A program made the translations under genes and the position numbers. A DNA stretch of 57,414 bases, filler included, from Stramenopiles sp. TOSAG23-3 (taxonomy: Eukaryota): NCBI GenBank assembly GCA_900128585.1. It is 6 parts of 6 records of this genome, joined end to end, with 100 filler letters (N's around TTAATTAATTAA, not from the genome) between each part and the next. Parts side by side here need not be neighbours in the genome. Positions count along the whole stretch, not along the records: positions 1 to 17,118 come from LT642461.1; 5 more parts are not named here. One strand, 5' to 3'. Positions 1 through 10,731 of this stretch are shown piece by piece; the first letter of the stretch is position 1; every line of letters begins with the position of its first letter. Under the pieces are notes generated by a model. That model did no database searches and was not told where the DNA came from. It worked only from the letters and a program-made list of their open reading frames with translations.

Positions 1-110
1 AGAAGAAGAAGAAGAAGAAGAAGAAGAAGAAGAAGAAGAAAGAAGAAAGAAGAAAGAAGAAGAAGAAGAAGAAGAAGAAAGAAGAAGAAGAAGAAAGAAG
101 AAAGAAGAAG
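1..110. repeat. (GAA)n / GA-rich microsatellite at contig start
   Basis: Near-perfect AGA/GAA trinucleotide run read directly; probably the cause of the contig break. Confidence 0.95.
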
Positions 111-648
111 GAAAATATTAATAATTTCTTCTTCATCATCAATCATCACAATCTGCATCCCTTTATTATTTAGTACTACATTATGTACATTGTGAACCCC
201 AGAACGGGAACCCACCGGAACCAGCTGGAAGTTCGTCGTTGACTCCTCGTGTCCTCGTGTGTCTGGTTCATTTTGTTCTGGATTGTTTACAATTGTTCTG
301 TATTCTTCTGTTGTTTTGGTTCTCTCTTCTTCCGTATTATTTTCTCTTTTTTTTTAATTTATTACCTACATATTATATGGTACGCACCTGTTTGTTAATA
401 TTACTGTGGTGCAACACAACGATGATGATGAAACGAGTACCAAGGTATTATTATATTGCGGTAGCGTATTAAAAAACAATTGAAGTTATTATATAGGTTC
501 ATATATTTTGTAATTGTGGAAAAGGATTGTATCTAAACTATCCTAAAGAAGGAAGGAAATAAAGAAGCAAAAGCCGTATACGTTGCAAAGTAAAACGAGA
601 ACAATAATCAAATATATTCCATACAAGTTTATTTTCAAGATACAAAAT

Positions 649-1359
649 ATGAAGAAAGCAATGTTTGTTGCGGGGCTTCTTGCCATTGCCTCCGAGGGGA
701 ACGCGGCTCCGTCGAAATCCGCGCCAGTCTTTGACTCAATGTACTCAACTCACGTGACCACGACAATGGCACAACCCGGCAAGCCGGGGCAGTCTTCGCA
801 TGGAATCCAAGCGTGGAACATTGGTGGGTCAAACAATAGGACCGCGTGGATTGGCGATAAGAACCCTTGGGTCGCAGACTTCGATGAAGAAAAGGTATGG
901 TATACAGACGGCAAAGTTCCTGCGACTTGTATGTGTCAGTGCCAGTTACCATCGACGGACACCGCCTGCAGCACTCAGATTGAAGGAGGGCCATTCTGTG
1001 GCTTCGACTACACCCACAACAGCAAGTATGTGGACGACGTGGTAATGCCGGATGGCACAAAAACGCACCATTACATGTACCTGACCAAATTGGCGATCAT
1101 TACGATGGGGAGATATGACCTTTATTTCGATGAGAAAACAGGGTTCCCGGTGCAACAATTCGTTCAAATGACGCCATTTGGACACCCCTTGGTCAACTTT
1201 ACACAAGATTTTTCTAACTTTGAGAACAAAGCCCCGCCAGCCGATTACTTTACAGTGAATGGCGCTGCTAACTGCCAGCAGTGCGATCCGCAAGTCTGCG
1301 GTGCAGACGCCACTCGCTTGAATTCCTTCCTCCGCAAGCTACCGACACCGAAACAGTAG
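649..1359 (+). CDS. Secreted ependymin-related (EPDR/LolA-fold-like) protein, 236 aa
   Basis: The first ATG (649) gives a signal peptide, MKKAMFVAGLLAIASEGNA. Cys-rich middle. C-terminal 'LYFDEKTGFPVQ...QDFSNFENKAPPADYFTV...C' resembles the ependymin-family F-x-N-F...P...F...C ending. The ORF-track start at 583 is TTG. Confidence 0.6.
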   Translation: MKKAMFVAGLLAIASEGNAAPSKSAPVFDSMYSTHVTTTMAQPGKPGQSSHGIQAWNIGGSNNRTAWIGDKNPWVADFDEEKVWYTDGKVPATCMCQCQLPSTDTACSTQIEGGPFCGFDYTHNSKYVDDVVMPDGTKTHHYMYLTKLAIITMGRYDLYFDEKTGFPVQQFVQMTPFGHPLVNFTQDFSNFENKAPPADYFTVNGAANCQQCDPQVCGADATRLNSFLRKLPTPKQ

Positions 1360-1733
1360 TTTAGGAAGAAAGACGAAGCACGATGTGAAGAAGCAAATTA
1401 ATAATACGAAGTTTTTTTGGAATTAATTGAAATTGATGCTGTGTCTATATTTATTCAATTATTTATAGACTGTACGAACTACCAAGGGTCCAAGGGTGGT
1501 ACCAGCAGAATAAGAAGGGAAAAAAAAAAAGGAGAAAAAAAATTAATTATTTTTTACCCACACGACGCACGTCAACTCCATTATACTTCCTCGTCTAGTA
1601 ACCAACTTTGAAAAAATATTCCAACGCGATTCAACCTGTCTTACCTTATCAGTTGTGTGCTTTCTAAACCGAAATCAAGAGGTAGTTTTTGCTTTTAAAT
1701 AATAGACCAAACCTTGTACGAAGAATTAATGTC

Positions 1734-3011
1734 ATGAGTATGCCGCCAAGGAATACAGCAGAGCTGCTGATTGCGCTTCTTGGATCGTTCTGTAATCGGG
1801 GAAGGGTGTCCCTGTCTTCATCCCGAGATGTGGTATACAGAAAAGATTTAATTAAAGATCTTATCATAAAAGTCAATGAAGTCAAGCGAGAAAATTATCG
1901 TAGGGCACACTTCGCCTCGCATTTTGTCAAAGTAAATGTTGGCATTTTTCACGAGATCGTCGGGGCTGTGGCCAGGAAGTGCTATGCGCTGCAAAAGTCA
2001 TTACCCGTGTACGAGGCTGGCGAAACTTTCGAATTAATGCAAATAATATCCGGGGATGGCCTTTTGAAGAAAACGACCAGAGAAGCCGAGGACCTCAGAG
2101 AACACTCAAAAACAAATTACCTCACTTTCACCTTAAAGGATAATGGAAGTATTGTAATTAACCCGTCGGAATCCGTGTTTCAAATTAGTGGGCGTGCAGT
2201 TCATCACAGACAAAAACGCACGATGTACGCCAACGTCTGTTCCAGAAAGAAGGCTCCGTCGCCCGTTCCAGTTCAGGTGCGCGTAGGATCTAGAATTAAA
2301 ATGGGGGCAGTTACAATTGAGTTGACAGAGTTGCATATTTTAGAAGACGCTGCTTCCGACAGCGAGAACGAAGAACCAGTTGAACATTCAAACTCGTCAA
2401 CGATGACGCTTCCCGATCAAGTTGAGGCGGATGAACCGTGCTACATATGTTTGGCGCACACTGGTCACAGGAGCCCTTGCCTTTGCTCCGCCGCTGTGCA
2501 TTCAGTATGCCTTCAGCAATGGTGCCACCAAAGCGATTCGTCGTGTTGCCCAATATGCAAAAACCATATAAACGCATCCATGTTATTTAAGGGTAAGTCA
2601 TTCATGACATTCGTAGTTCGAAGGAGAACAAAAAGTATTCCGTGGGTCGGCCAAAAGGAATTCTCTTTTGAGTTGTCCACCAGCAAGCCCCTTTCCCTAG
2701 GACGGGGCAAAGGGGCAGGTGTGAACAATATAATTTTGCCTGACCCCTCGCTTTCATGGAGGCACGCAATCTTTACATTGACAGAAACAAAGGATCTTAC
2801 CGTACAGGACTTAAACTCGTTCGGAGGAACGTACATCTCCGTTCAAAAGGATCAGGAATTGAAATGCTTTGGCGCCCCCATATCCCTTCTCCTAAGTAAA
2901 AATGTGTGCGTTGATTTGGAAATAAATGAGCCGGGGATCATCCGGCGAATGCGCCAAAAAGTTTTCAGGCAGTTGCGGTTGAAGAATCCAACTGTCGCGA
3001 CCACGACGTAG
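1734..3011 (+). CDS. FHA / RING-variant (C4HC3) / FHA protein, putative phospho-dependent E3 ubiquitin ligase
   Basis: RINGv CYIC...SPCLC...VHSVCLQQW...CPICK. C-terminal FHA motifs LGR...SWRHA...QDLNSFGGTY. Degenerate N-terminal FHA (VGSRIKMGAVTIEL). First in-frame ATG at 1734. Confidence 0.8.
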   Translation: MSMPPRNTAELLIALLGSFCNRGRVSLSSSRDVVYRKDLIKDLIIKVNEVKRENYRRAHFASHFVKVNVGIFHEIVGAVARKCYALQKSLPVYEAGETFELMQIISGDGLLKKTTREAEDLREHSKTNYLTFTLKDNGSIVINPSESVFQISGRAVHHRQKRTMYANVCSRKKAPSPVPVQVRVGSRIKMGAVTIELTELHILEDAASDSENEEPVEHSNSSTMTLPDQVEADEPCYICLAHTGHRSPCLCSAAVHSVCLQQWCHQSDSSCCPICKNHINASMLFKGKSFMTFVVRRRTKSIPWVGQKEFSFELSTSKPLSLGRGKGAGVNNIILPDPSLSWRHAIFTLTETKDLTVQDLNSFGGTYISVQKDQELKCFGAPISLLLSKNVCVDLEINEPGIIRRMRQKVFRQLRLKNPTVATTT

Positions 3012-3423
3012 TGACTGCTGGGGGGGAAGGGGGGGCTTTTCCATGATCCGGAGTGTGAAGAAACGCATTAACCAAAAGTAATTTTGCTGCGGGCAGTGCA
3101 TTCTCCGACGTTTGTTCTAAACGCGTGCAAAGTCAGTACTTTTCACGGGAAGAGCGTGAATTTTACAGGCGTACCAAAATATTAGTATTGTACAATAATT
3201 TTATCATCAGAATAAAGTTTTGTCAACATTTTTTAAAAAATTAAAATTAACTCAATCAAATTTCCATGTTCAGAACTGCTTCAACAAGACTTACATTCTT
3301 GTTCGGTGCGCAAGAAATAGGCATGGTTTGAACAAATGAACCATCCCACAAAACAGGGAATTCATCGCATTGCTGAGACATCGGTTGCCCGGATGCAGGA
3401 CAGTTCTCTCTGGCATTTTGCAC

Positions 3424-5247
3424 TCAGAACATTCCGTATATTGAGCCGTCGTCGTTTACCCCGACATTTTCTGCCGCAGGGATTTTAGGCAAACCTGGCA
3501 TTTGCATGATATCGCCAGTTAGCACAACGATAAACTCAGCACCGGCACTGAGACGAACGTCTCTGACTGGGAGAGTGTGACCAGTCGGTGCTCCAAGGGC
3601 TTTTGGGTCTGCACTGAAACTGTATTGCGTCTTTGCCATGCAAACTGGGAAATGGCCGTAGCCGTCTTTGGTAAACTGCTTAAACTTGGTCATTGCTGCG
3701 GCATCAATTGCGATGTCGTCGGCGCGGTACATTTCTTTTGCCACGGTTCGGACTTTTTCGATCAACGGCATGTCGTCACTGTACAGTGGCTTAAAGTTGC
3801 TCTCTTCATTATCGCAAATGTGAGCAACGGCCTCTGCAAGCGCAGTGGCACCGTTTCCGCCGTGGCCATGGTGGTTCGACCGAACAGCGGTGACGCCCAA
3901 TTTTGCGCAAGCGTCCTCCACTGCTTGCATTTCTGCGTCCGTGTCAAATGGAAATTGGTTGACCGCAACAACTACAGGAACGCCGAATTTGCGGACGTTC
4001 TCTATGTGGCGCTCCAAGTTAACCATTCCTTTCTCCACTGCCCCGACGTCTTCGATTTTTGTGAGCGTTTTCTCCTCTGCCCCACCGTGCAGCTTCAAAG
4101 CGCGGCACGTGGCAACAATGACAGCGCAGTCGGGCTTCAGGCCGGACTTTCGGCACTTGATGTTGAAAAATTTCTCAGCACCTAGATCTGCTCCAAAACC
4201 TCCTTCGGTCACAACGTAGTCGCACAGCTTCAGTGATGTCTTCGTCGACACGACGCTGCTGCAACCATGGGCGATGTTGGCGAATGGACCACCATGAATT
4301 ATGGCAGGGTTATTTTCCAGCGTTTGAACCAAGTTGGGCTGCAGTGCATCGCGAAGCAAAGCCGCAAGGGCACCTTCGGCGTTTAGATCTTTGCACGTGA
4401 CGGGCTTGCGGGCGCGGGTGTAGCCGACAACGATTTGCCCCAGCCGCCGCTGAAGGTCGTCCATGTCAGTTGCGAGGCAGAAAATGGCCATGATTTCGCT
4501 TGCAACGGTGATATCAAAACCGTCCTGTCGAGGAATGCCATCCGTTCGCTTTCCAAGGCCGCAGTTAATGTTCCGCAGCGCCCGGTCGTTCATATCAACC
4601 ACTCGCCTCCACGTCACCCTGCGCACGTCCACCAGTGGCTCCTTTGCCCAGTAGATGTGGTTGTCTAGCATCGCCGCCAGTAGGTTGTTTGCAGCCCCAA
4701 TCGCATGCAAGTCCCCGGTGAAATGCAGGTTGATGTCTGCCATGGGGACCACTTGCGCGTACCCCCCCCCTGCGGCGCCCCCTTTCACCCCAAACACGGG
4801 CCCAAGGCTCGGCTCTCGCAAAGACGTCATAGCGTTCTTTCCGATTTTGCAGAGACCGTCGCCCAGGCCTACGCTGGTGCACGTCTTTCCCTCCCCGAAC
4901 CTCGTCGGCGACAACGCGGTGCACAAGATCAGCTTTCCGTCTGGCTTGTCCTTCAGGGAATCGATGTACGAAAAGGGGATTTTAGCCTTGTACCGGCCGT
5001 ATGCTTCCAACTCGTTGTTGTCCGCATTGATTCCGAAGGAGCTCTTGGCAATGTCCGCAATCGGCTTCATGTTTGGGATGTTGGCGTTTGCAATTGCCTC
5101 GTCCGTTAACCCGTGTGGTTCCTCGCCCACACTCACTGTCGTGTGAAACAGACTTGACATTGCTGGCAGTTGGGCACGCCCAGCGGCCAAGTGGGCCCTT
5201 GCGTTGATGGCCGTGCGGCGCAGCGCACTGTGGTAAATGGGAAGCAT
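3424..5247 (-). CDS. fhs: Formate--tetrahydrofolate ligase (FTHFS), monofunctional, with mitochondrial presequence
   Basis: Signature motifs [73 protein letters not shown]. ~45-aa Arg/Ala-rich N-terminal extension whose first ~40 residues contain no acidic residue. Confidence 0.97.
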   Translation of the reverse strand: MLPIYHSALRRTAINARAHLAAGRAQLPAMSSLFHTTVSVGEEPHGLTDEAIANANIPNMKPIADIAKSSFGINADNNELEAYGRYKAKIPFSYIDSLKDKPDGKLILCTALSPTRFGEGKTCTSVGLGDGLCKIGKNAMTSLREPSLGPVFGVKGGAAGGGYAQVVPMADINLHFTGDLHAIGAANNLLAAMLDNHIYWAKEPLVDVRRVTWRRVVDMNDRALRNINCGLGKRTDGIPRQDGFDITVASEIMAIFCLATDMDDLQRRLGQIVVGYTRARKPVTCKDLNAEGALAALLRDALQPNLVQTLENNPAIIHGGPFANIAHGCSSVVSTKTSLKLCDYVVTEGGFGADLGAEKFFNIKCRKSGLKPDCAVIVATCRALKLHGGAEEKTLTKIEDVGAVEKGMVNLERHIENVRKFGVPVVVAVNQFPFDTDAEMQAVEDACAKLGVTAVRSNHHGHGGNGATALAEAVAHICDNEESNFKPLYSDDMPLIEKVRTVAKEMYRADDIAIDAAAMTKFKQFTKDGYGHFPVCMAKTQYSFSADPKALGAPTGHTLPVRDVRLSAGAEFIVVLTGDIMQMPGLPKIPAAENVGVNDDGSIYGMF

Positions 5248-6860
5248 GGTTCGCTCGGTTGAAGTCTTTCAATTTCTACTACAAAAAAAATGATGGTGAA
5301 GTAAAACTAGTTGTCTTTTTTCAATTAATATATGCGTTAAATTGATTTCTCTCTTCTTCTTCGCTTTTCCTTTCATTCCCCGTTAAAATGTTTGGTTCAC
5401 TTCTACCGGTACTACAACTTTACTACATACAGGTAAAAGGTTATACCGTAGTACCAATTTCTACCCCGCCGTTGTTTGGTTGCCTGTTCTGTACACAACA
5501 CACAACACCACCTGACCACCTTGAGCGCTTTTATTTGTTGAAGTTATAAAATAAATAATTTTATATAATACCAGGCACGAACCGTAGAAGAAGATTACGT
5601 AGGCTTTATTAGGAGGAAGGAGAGGAGAAAGCATTTTTTAGATCTGAAGAAGAATCATAGCCCTAATATACAATGTAATCATCAAAATCGGATTGGTGAA
5701 ATAAAATCATACAGGTACACAATGTCTGATATTGAAATCCATCATCTGGGTGAAAAAGATCTCCATCATTGAATTTACTAAAACAAATATAAAAAGTATA
5801 CATAATTAATATACTTTAATATAATAACAAACTATATAATTATATTTCCTAATTCCTTTATGTTTGATCAGTATTGAATTTTATTTGTCTATTCTATAAT
5901 ATAAATTCCTATATATGATTGTATACTAATAAAGTATAATAATGCCAACTTTTTTATTTCCAATAAAATAATAATAATACATAGGAATACCATTAAAATA
6001 AGAAACTTGATTTTTGGATCGAAAGATCTATTTTCACTAATAAATAAAAATAAAAGAAACAATAAATAAATCCTAAAATAAAAAAAGAAGGAATCTTTTT
6101 TGTTTTTAAATTGATCTCATTTAATATAATATTAATATAGAAATAGCATTAATTATTAACCTACTTGAAGTTGACCAAAATCATTTTTTAGTTAGTCCTA
6201 TTATTTATTATACTTGGTATTATTACTATGTATTTTGGACGACGAAGATGTGATCAAAGACAAGACACGACCGCCGTACAATCTCAAATCCAAATCTCAA
6301 ATCAATGTAAAAAAGGAGGAGAGAGGAGAGAGGAGAGGACAAGCAATTCGATTCGATTCGATTCGATTCGACGATAAGATTTTATAGAAGATTTTTTAGA
6401 TTTTATTAATCCCACCTAAGCTTATAACTAATGCTATGATGCTGATGTACAAGGAGGTATTGTTTATAATATAATAATTTACCACCAGGTAGGTAGTTAG
6501 GAATTATTAATATATAGATAATACGGATGATTAGTTAGATGACCAACCAACAAAGAAGTCAACGATGGAAATAGCAAAGAAGAAAAAGAAGAAAGAGAAA
6601 AAAAAGGAAGAAGAAGAAGGAAGGAAGAAGAAAAAAAAAAGAAAAAAAGTAAGAAGGGCAAACAACAAAACACAAAAACAAACTATTTTGTAAATTCGAA
6701 CAATTACAGACGGCTAATAAATATTCTTCAATGATTGGTAGGATTGATTGGTAACAAATGGAAAACGAAAAATTCTTTACTTCTGAAATTTGATTTCTTA
6801 TCGCATTTGATTAACGCATTCAACCAATATTTATTTAAAACAACACGGAACAACTTTACA
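5248..6860. promoter_or_regulatory. AT-rich divergent (bidirectional) intergenic region between fhs and folD
   Basis: Both start codons face outward from this 1.6-kb AT-rich tract, which holds no credible ORF. Promoter function is inferred. Confidence 0.5.
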
Positions 6861-7956
6861 ATGAGAACGGCACTAACACGTTTTGCGCGCGCCACGGCTA
6901 CGCATACCCGCCACACCTCGGGACTCCACCTGGCGGGAGCGCGCGGCGTAGCGACAAAGATCGACGGTAACGCCATTGCTTCTGACATTCGCAAAGAGAT
7001 AGCTGAGACGACCAAACAATTGACAGAAAAGCATGGGAAAAAGCCCGGCCTAGCGTAAGTAAAAACAGTTTGTTTCCTTTCTTCCCTCCTGCCCACCCAT
7101 CACCCCCTAACGCGCACGTTCCTCAAACTTCAACATGAAAAGCGTCGTCCTGGTTGGTGCCCGCCCGGATTCCGCAAAGTACGTCAGCATGAAAAAGAAA
7201 GCTGCCAAAGAGGTCGGCATCGAATCCTTCGAAGTCGTACTAGGTGCAGATGCAGATGAAGACGTGCTGGTGCAGCACGTGACAGAACTGAACTCGAACC
7301 CAGACGTGGACGGAATATTGGTGCAGCTTCCCCTCCCAGAACATATCAACCAGAAGCGCGTGCTGGAATGCATCGAAACGGGCAAGGACGTCGATGGCTT
7401 CCACCCTTACAACATGGGGGCACTCGTTCGAAGCGGGGAAGAGTGTCGGCAAGACCGTGTCCCTTGGGAAGGCGTTGCGATGGGAAACGCGCCTTGCACC
7501 CCGCTAGGGTGTGTTGAACTGATTGACCGGGCCGGGGTCGATTTGAACGGGGCGAACGTTGTGATTGTAGGACGAAGCAACATCGTGGGTCTCCCTGTGG
7601 CAACGATGCTTCTGCATAGAAACGCTACGGTCACCTGCTGCCATTCCCGCACAAAAGATTTGCCAAGCGTGGTTCGCCAAGCAGACATTGTCGTCGCTGC
7701 GATTGGCCAGCCAGAATTTGTCCAAGGGGACTGGATCAAACCCGGGGCGTGCGTAATAGACGTTGGGGTAAATTTCAAAGATGACCCATCTCGAAAAACG
7801 GGGCGCAGGATGTGTGGCGACGTTGACTACGCGGCAGCGTCCGAACACGCTGGGCAAATTACCCCGGTCCCAGGTGGCGTCGGCCCAATGACCATTTGCA
7901 TGTTGATGAAAAACACGTTGACCAATTTTGAACGAAGAATGGGAGCGCGCGATTAA
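6861..7956 (+). CDS. folD: Methylenetetrahydrofolate dehydrogenase/cyclohydrolase (FolD), mitochondrial; exons 6861-7054 and 7143-7956
   Basis: Splicing GTAAGT(7055)...CTAAC(7107)...AAG(7142) restores KPGLAVVLVG. Motifs YVSMKKK, DGILVQLPLP, KDVDGFHP, PCTPLG, GRSNIVG, TPVPGGVGPMT. Presequence MRTALTRFARATATHTRH. Confidence 0.97.
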
Positions 7957-8586
7957 ACAAAGAAAGAAAGGCCACCCCACCATTTTATTGGTGTACGCTT
8001 CGTAGTTCATATCTGTGTATCAATGTTCGTCGGAAATGCATCCATACGACGAAAGAAAGACCATGATTTGAAGATTTTGTCTAAATAATTAAATTAATAT
8101 TTCTATTGTGTGATTATTTCAAACTATACTTATATATATTTATCGTAATAAATATTTAAATTTTCCTATTTTCTATTTATTCATTCATTAATACTATGTT
8201 TATTCTTGGTTTGTATATCTATTTAATTATTCATATTTTATATTTATAAATAGTATTATTTATAATATATTGAATTAAATTCAAAAAAAAAAGTATTATA
8301 GTTTAAAAGAAGAAGAAGTATTAATATTATGAAGAAAATATATTACAACATAGGAATACAATCGATTTTTTTAATTTTTATTTAAATCTTCTCTTCTTAA
8401 AATAATAATATAACTGACAGATTTTATCGAATAGAAAAAGAAGAAAAAGGTTTCTTTTTTTAAACTAACAGAGATATATAAAGAAGAAGCAACACACCGG
8501 ATATTCTTTGCAATTTGAACAGAGGGTAAACTTTTTGTTCGTTTAGGGAGGGTTCCTTGTATATAGTTATTGTCGCTGCTTTCGGT

Positions 8587-8922
8587 ATGTCGCAACTAGC
8601 CTCTTTGTGGATGCCGAGCTTGACTGCGCCGTACACTTCCGACGCTTGGTTTCCTAGGTTAGACCTAGACACGGAAGAAGTGTTGGTTTCCGACGAAGCA
8701 GAAATGACAAAAGTTATGGACGCAATTAGAAACAAATCAGCTCCAGTTCCAATAGGGCAAAATATTCATGGAAAAGCGATGGAGGAGGAGGAGTTCGACA
8801 CCACTGCCACCCACCAAGGTTTGGGAGGCAACGACGATGACGCCGACGATATGGACGATGAGACCGCGAGCTTACAGAGCCACAGTGAGAGCGGATCGTC
8901 CATGGACGACGATTCGATGTAA
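8587..8922 (+). CDS. ANAPC15: Anaphase-promoting complex subunit 15-like, 111 aa
   Basis: LWMPSL...DAWF, AIRNKSAPVPIGQ and an acidic tail parallel metazoan APC15 (LFPSL...LWF, SIAEKD..LVPIGK, D/E tail). Confidence 0.7.
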   Translation: MSQLASLWMPSLTAPYTSDAWFPRLDLDTEEVLVSDEAEMTKVMDAIRNKSAPVPIGQNIHGKAMEEEEFDTTATHQGLGGNDDDADDMDDETASLQSHSESGSSMDDDSM

Positions 8923-8983
8923 TTAATAAACAGGAAGTCTTACGCGTAATTTGAAAATGTTTGTTGTGTGTATTTATTAATCG

Positions 8984-10003
8984 TTAAATTTCACCCACGA
9001 TCTCCACGCTTGTTTCCCACAGCCACGCCCGTAATTCTGGGTCCATAACTTCATCGTTGATTCTATCAAAGAGCCCAAAACCTCCTTGGCAGAGCGAATT
9101 GATGCAATTGTCACTGAAATACCGGCCCCCTGTCCCTCCATTGCTTAGTGCTGCATCGGTCGCGACCCGCAACTGCGTAAGAGCTCCCTCGCGCGTCTCC
9201 CTCGCTATTAGGCCCCGTACATATGGCATGAACGTCCTGATCAAAAACCCAGAGTTGCTTTTGTCCAGCATGCTTTGGATGAAACCAGGATGTAAACTAC
9301 TGAACGCCGCAATATTATTGTACCGATCGTTAAATTCCACCGCAATCATTACATTCATCAGTTTGGTGTCCGAATACAAATTCACCCCACCGACTCTTGA
9401 GGTAGGATTCACGTTTCTGCTTTCTGCAGAGTACGCCTCTTTGTTGATATGACCCATTCGATGCATCGACGAGGAGACAAAAATAACACGAACATCGCCG
9501 CTCTGCTTCACCAGTTTGTGCTTGAGCATTAGATTCACCAAAAGGAAGTGGGACAAATGGTTGACCTGGTATTGCATATCCACGCCATCCCCAGTCACTT
9601 TGTCTGCAGTGGTTGCCGCGTTCAATATTAACACGTCAAACTGCTCCAGTTCACCAGATTGCACGTCATCTTTTATCCGATTCACAAAATTCCTTACCGA
9701 ACGAAACGACGTTAAATCCACGTGCTTATGAACGACGTTTTTGTACCCCTTTGCAACTTGCATTGACCTTCTGATATTCCGATTCGCCGCTACCACGGTT
9801 CCAGCTCCCCACTCGCTTAAACAACGCATCGTTTCCATCCCTATACCTGATGTAGAGCCAACAACCAAGAATGTTCTTTTCGAAAGGTTAGGAATATCCC
9901 ATCTTTCAATAGGCTTTCGAATGAAATTCCTGGCAAACGCAACTATCACGGCAACGAGTACCACGGTGATACCGAAGCACTTCTTTGCACTGGGCATTCT
10001 CAT
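8984..10003 (-). CDS. Short-chain dehydrogenase/reductase, retinol dehydrogenase/WWOX-like, with N-terminal TM anchor
   Basis: VGSTSGIG cofactor motif, VDLTSFRSV, LILNAA, VNHLSHFLL, catalytic YSDTK, LHPG. Confidence 0.9.
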   Translation of the reverse strand: MRMPSAKKCFGITVVLVAVIVAFARNFIRKPIERWDIPNLSKRTFLVVGSTSGIGMETMRCLSEWGAGTVVAANRNIRRSMQVAKGYKNVVHKHVDLTSFRSVRNFVNRIKDDVQSGELEQFDVLILNAATTADKVTGDGVDMQYQVNHLSHFLLVNLMLKHKLVKQSGDVRVIFVSSSMHRMGHINKEAYSAESRNVNPTSRVGGVNLYSDTKLMNVMIAVEFNDRYNNIAAFSSLHPGFIQSMLDKSNSGFLIRTFMPYVRGLIARETREGALTQLRVATDAALSNGGTGGRYFSDNCINSLCQGGFGLFDRINDEVMDPELRAWLWETSVEIVGEI

Positions 10004-10731
10004 CTTGGCAATTTAAAATCAAAACCCTTTTAAAGAATCTATGCAAAGGGTGGAACAAATATCGTTCGCTGGGTGTTATTCTTCCTTTTTGAATTATTTC
10101 ATCCCTGTGTGATGGAATCACGTAGGTTATAATTTTTCTGCAATACAAAAAATTGAAATTGAAATTGAATTTTATTATAAAATATAATAATATAATTTTT
10201 GTGTGTTGTTGTGTGTTGTGTTGTTGTTGTTGTTGTTTGCGGAGGAAGAAGAAGATAGAAGAGATCCATTGTATCTGATGATGATTGATAGGGTACATAG
10301 TATTATACCAGGTACTTGGACCTATGAACCGTCAATTTATTAGTACAACAATAACGTATACTAGTTCGTCGTTTTTTCGTCGTTTTACATTCAAGGCAAT
10401 TAATTGGCAAGAGTTACGTTACAATCATCTTCTTCTTGCTTCTTCCTTCTTCCTTCTTCTTCCTTCTTCTTAGCTTTTATTATTAAGAAAAAACTCAACT
10501 TCAATATTTGAACAAAGCGGTCGACGACCATCATCAATTTGGTGAGTTTCGCGTAGCTTGAGCTTCTACTCCCCTCATACTTTCAAACCCATAATTGCGT
10601 TCTAATCAAATACCGAATAGGAGAGCCATTAAAAAAAACAGGAACCACATTATTTTAAAAGAACAGCGATATTATTATTTGTCTGTGGAACAAAAAGAAC
10701 TCGTATCGTTCGTTTATAGCCTTCTGCCACA

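Noticed and set aside
3577-5146. Long + strand ORFs overlapping fhs (and similar shadows over folD, 13598-15673, the kinase, the kinesin, CPSF1 and MCM10)
   Set aside because: They are antisense or off-frame shadows of real genes with no recognisable motifs.
5640-5790. Exon-like stretch on the - strand inside the fhs-folD spacer
   Set aside because: About 38 codons, with no start or partner exon and no recognisable homology.
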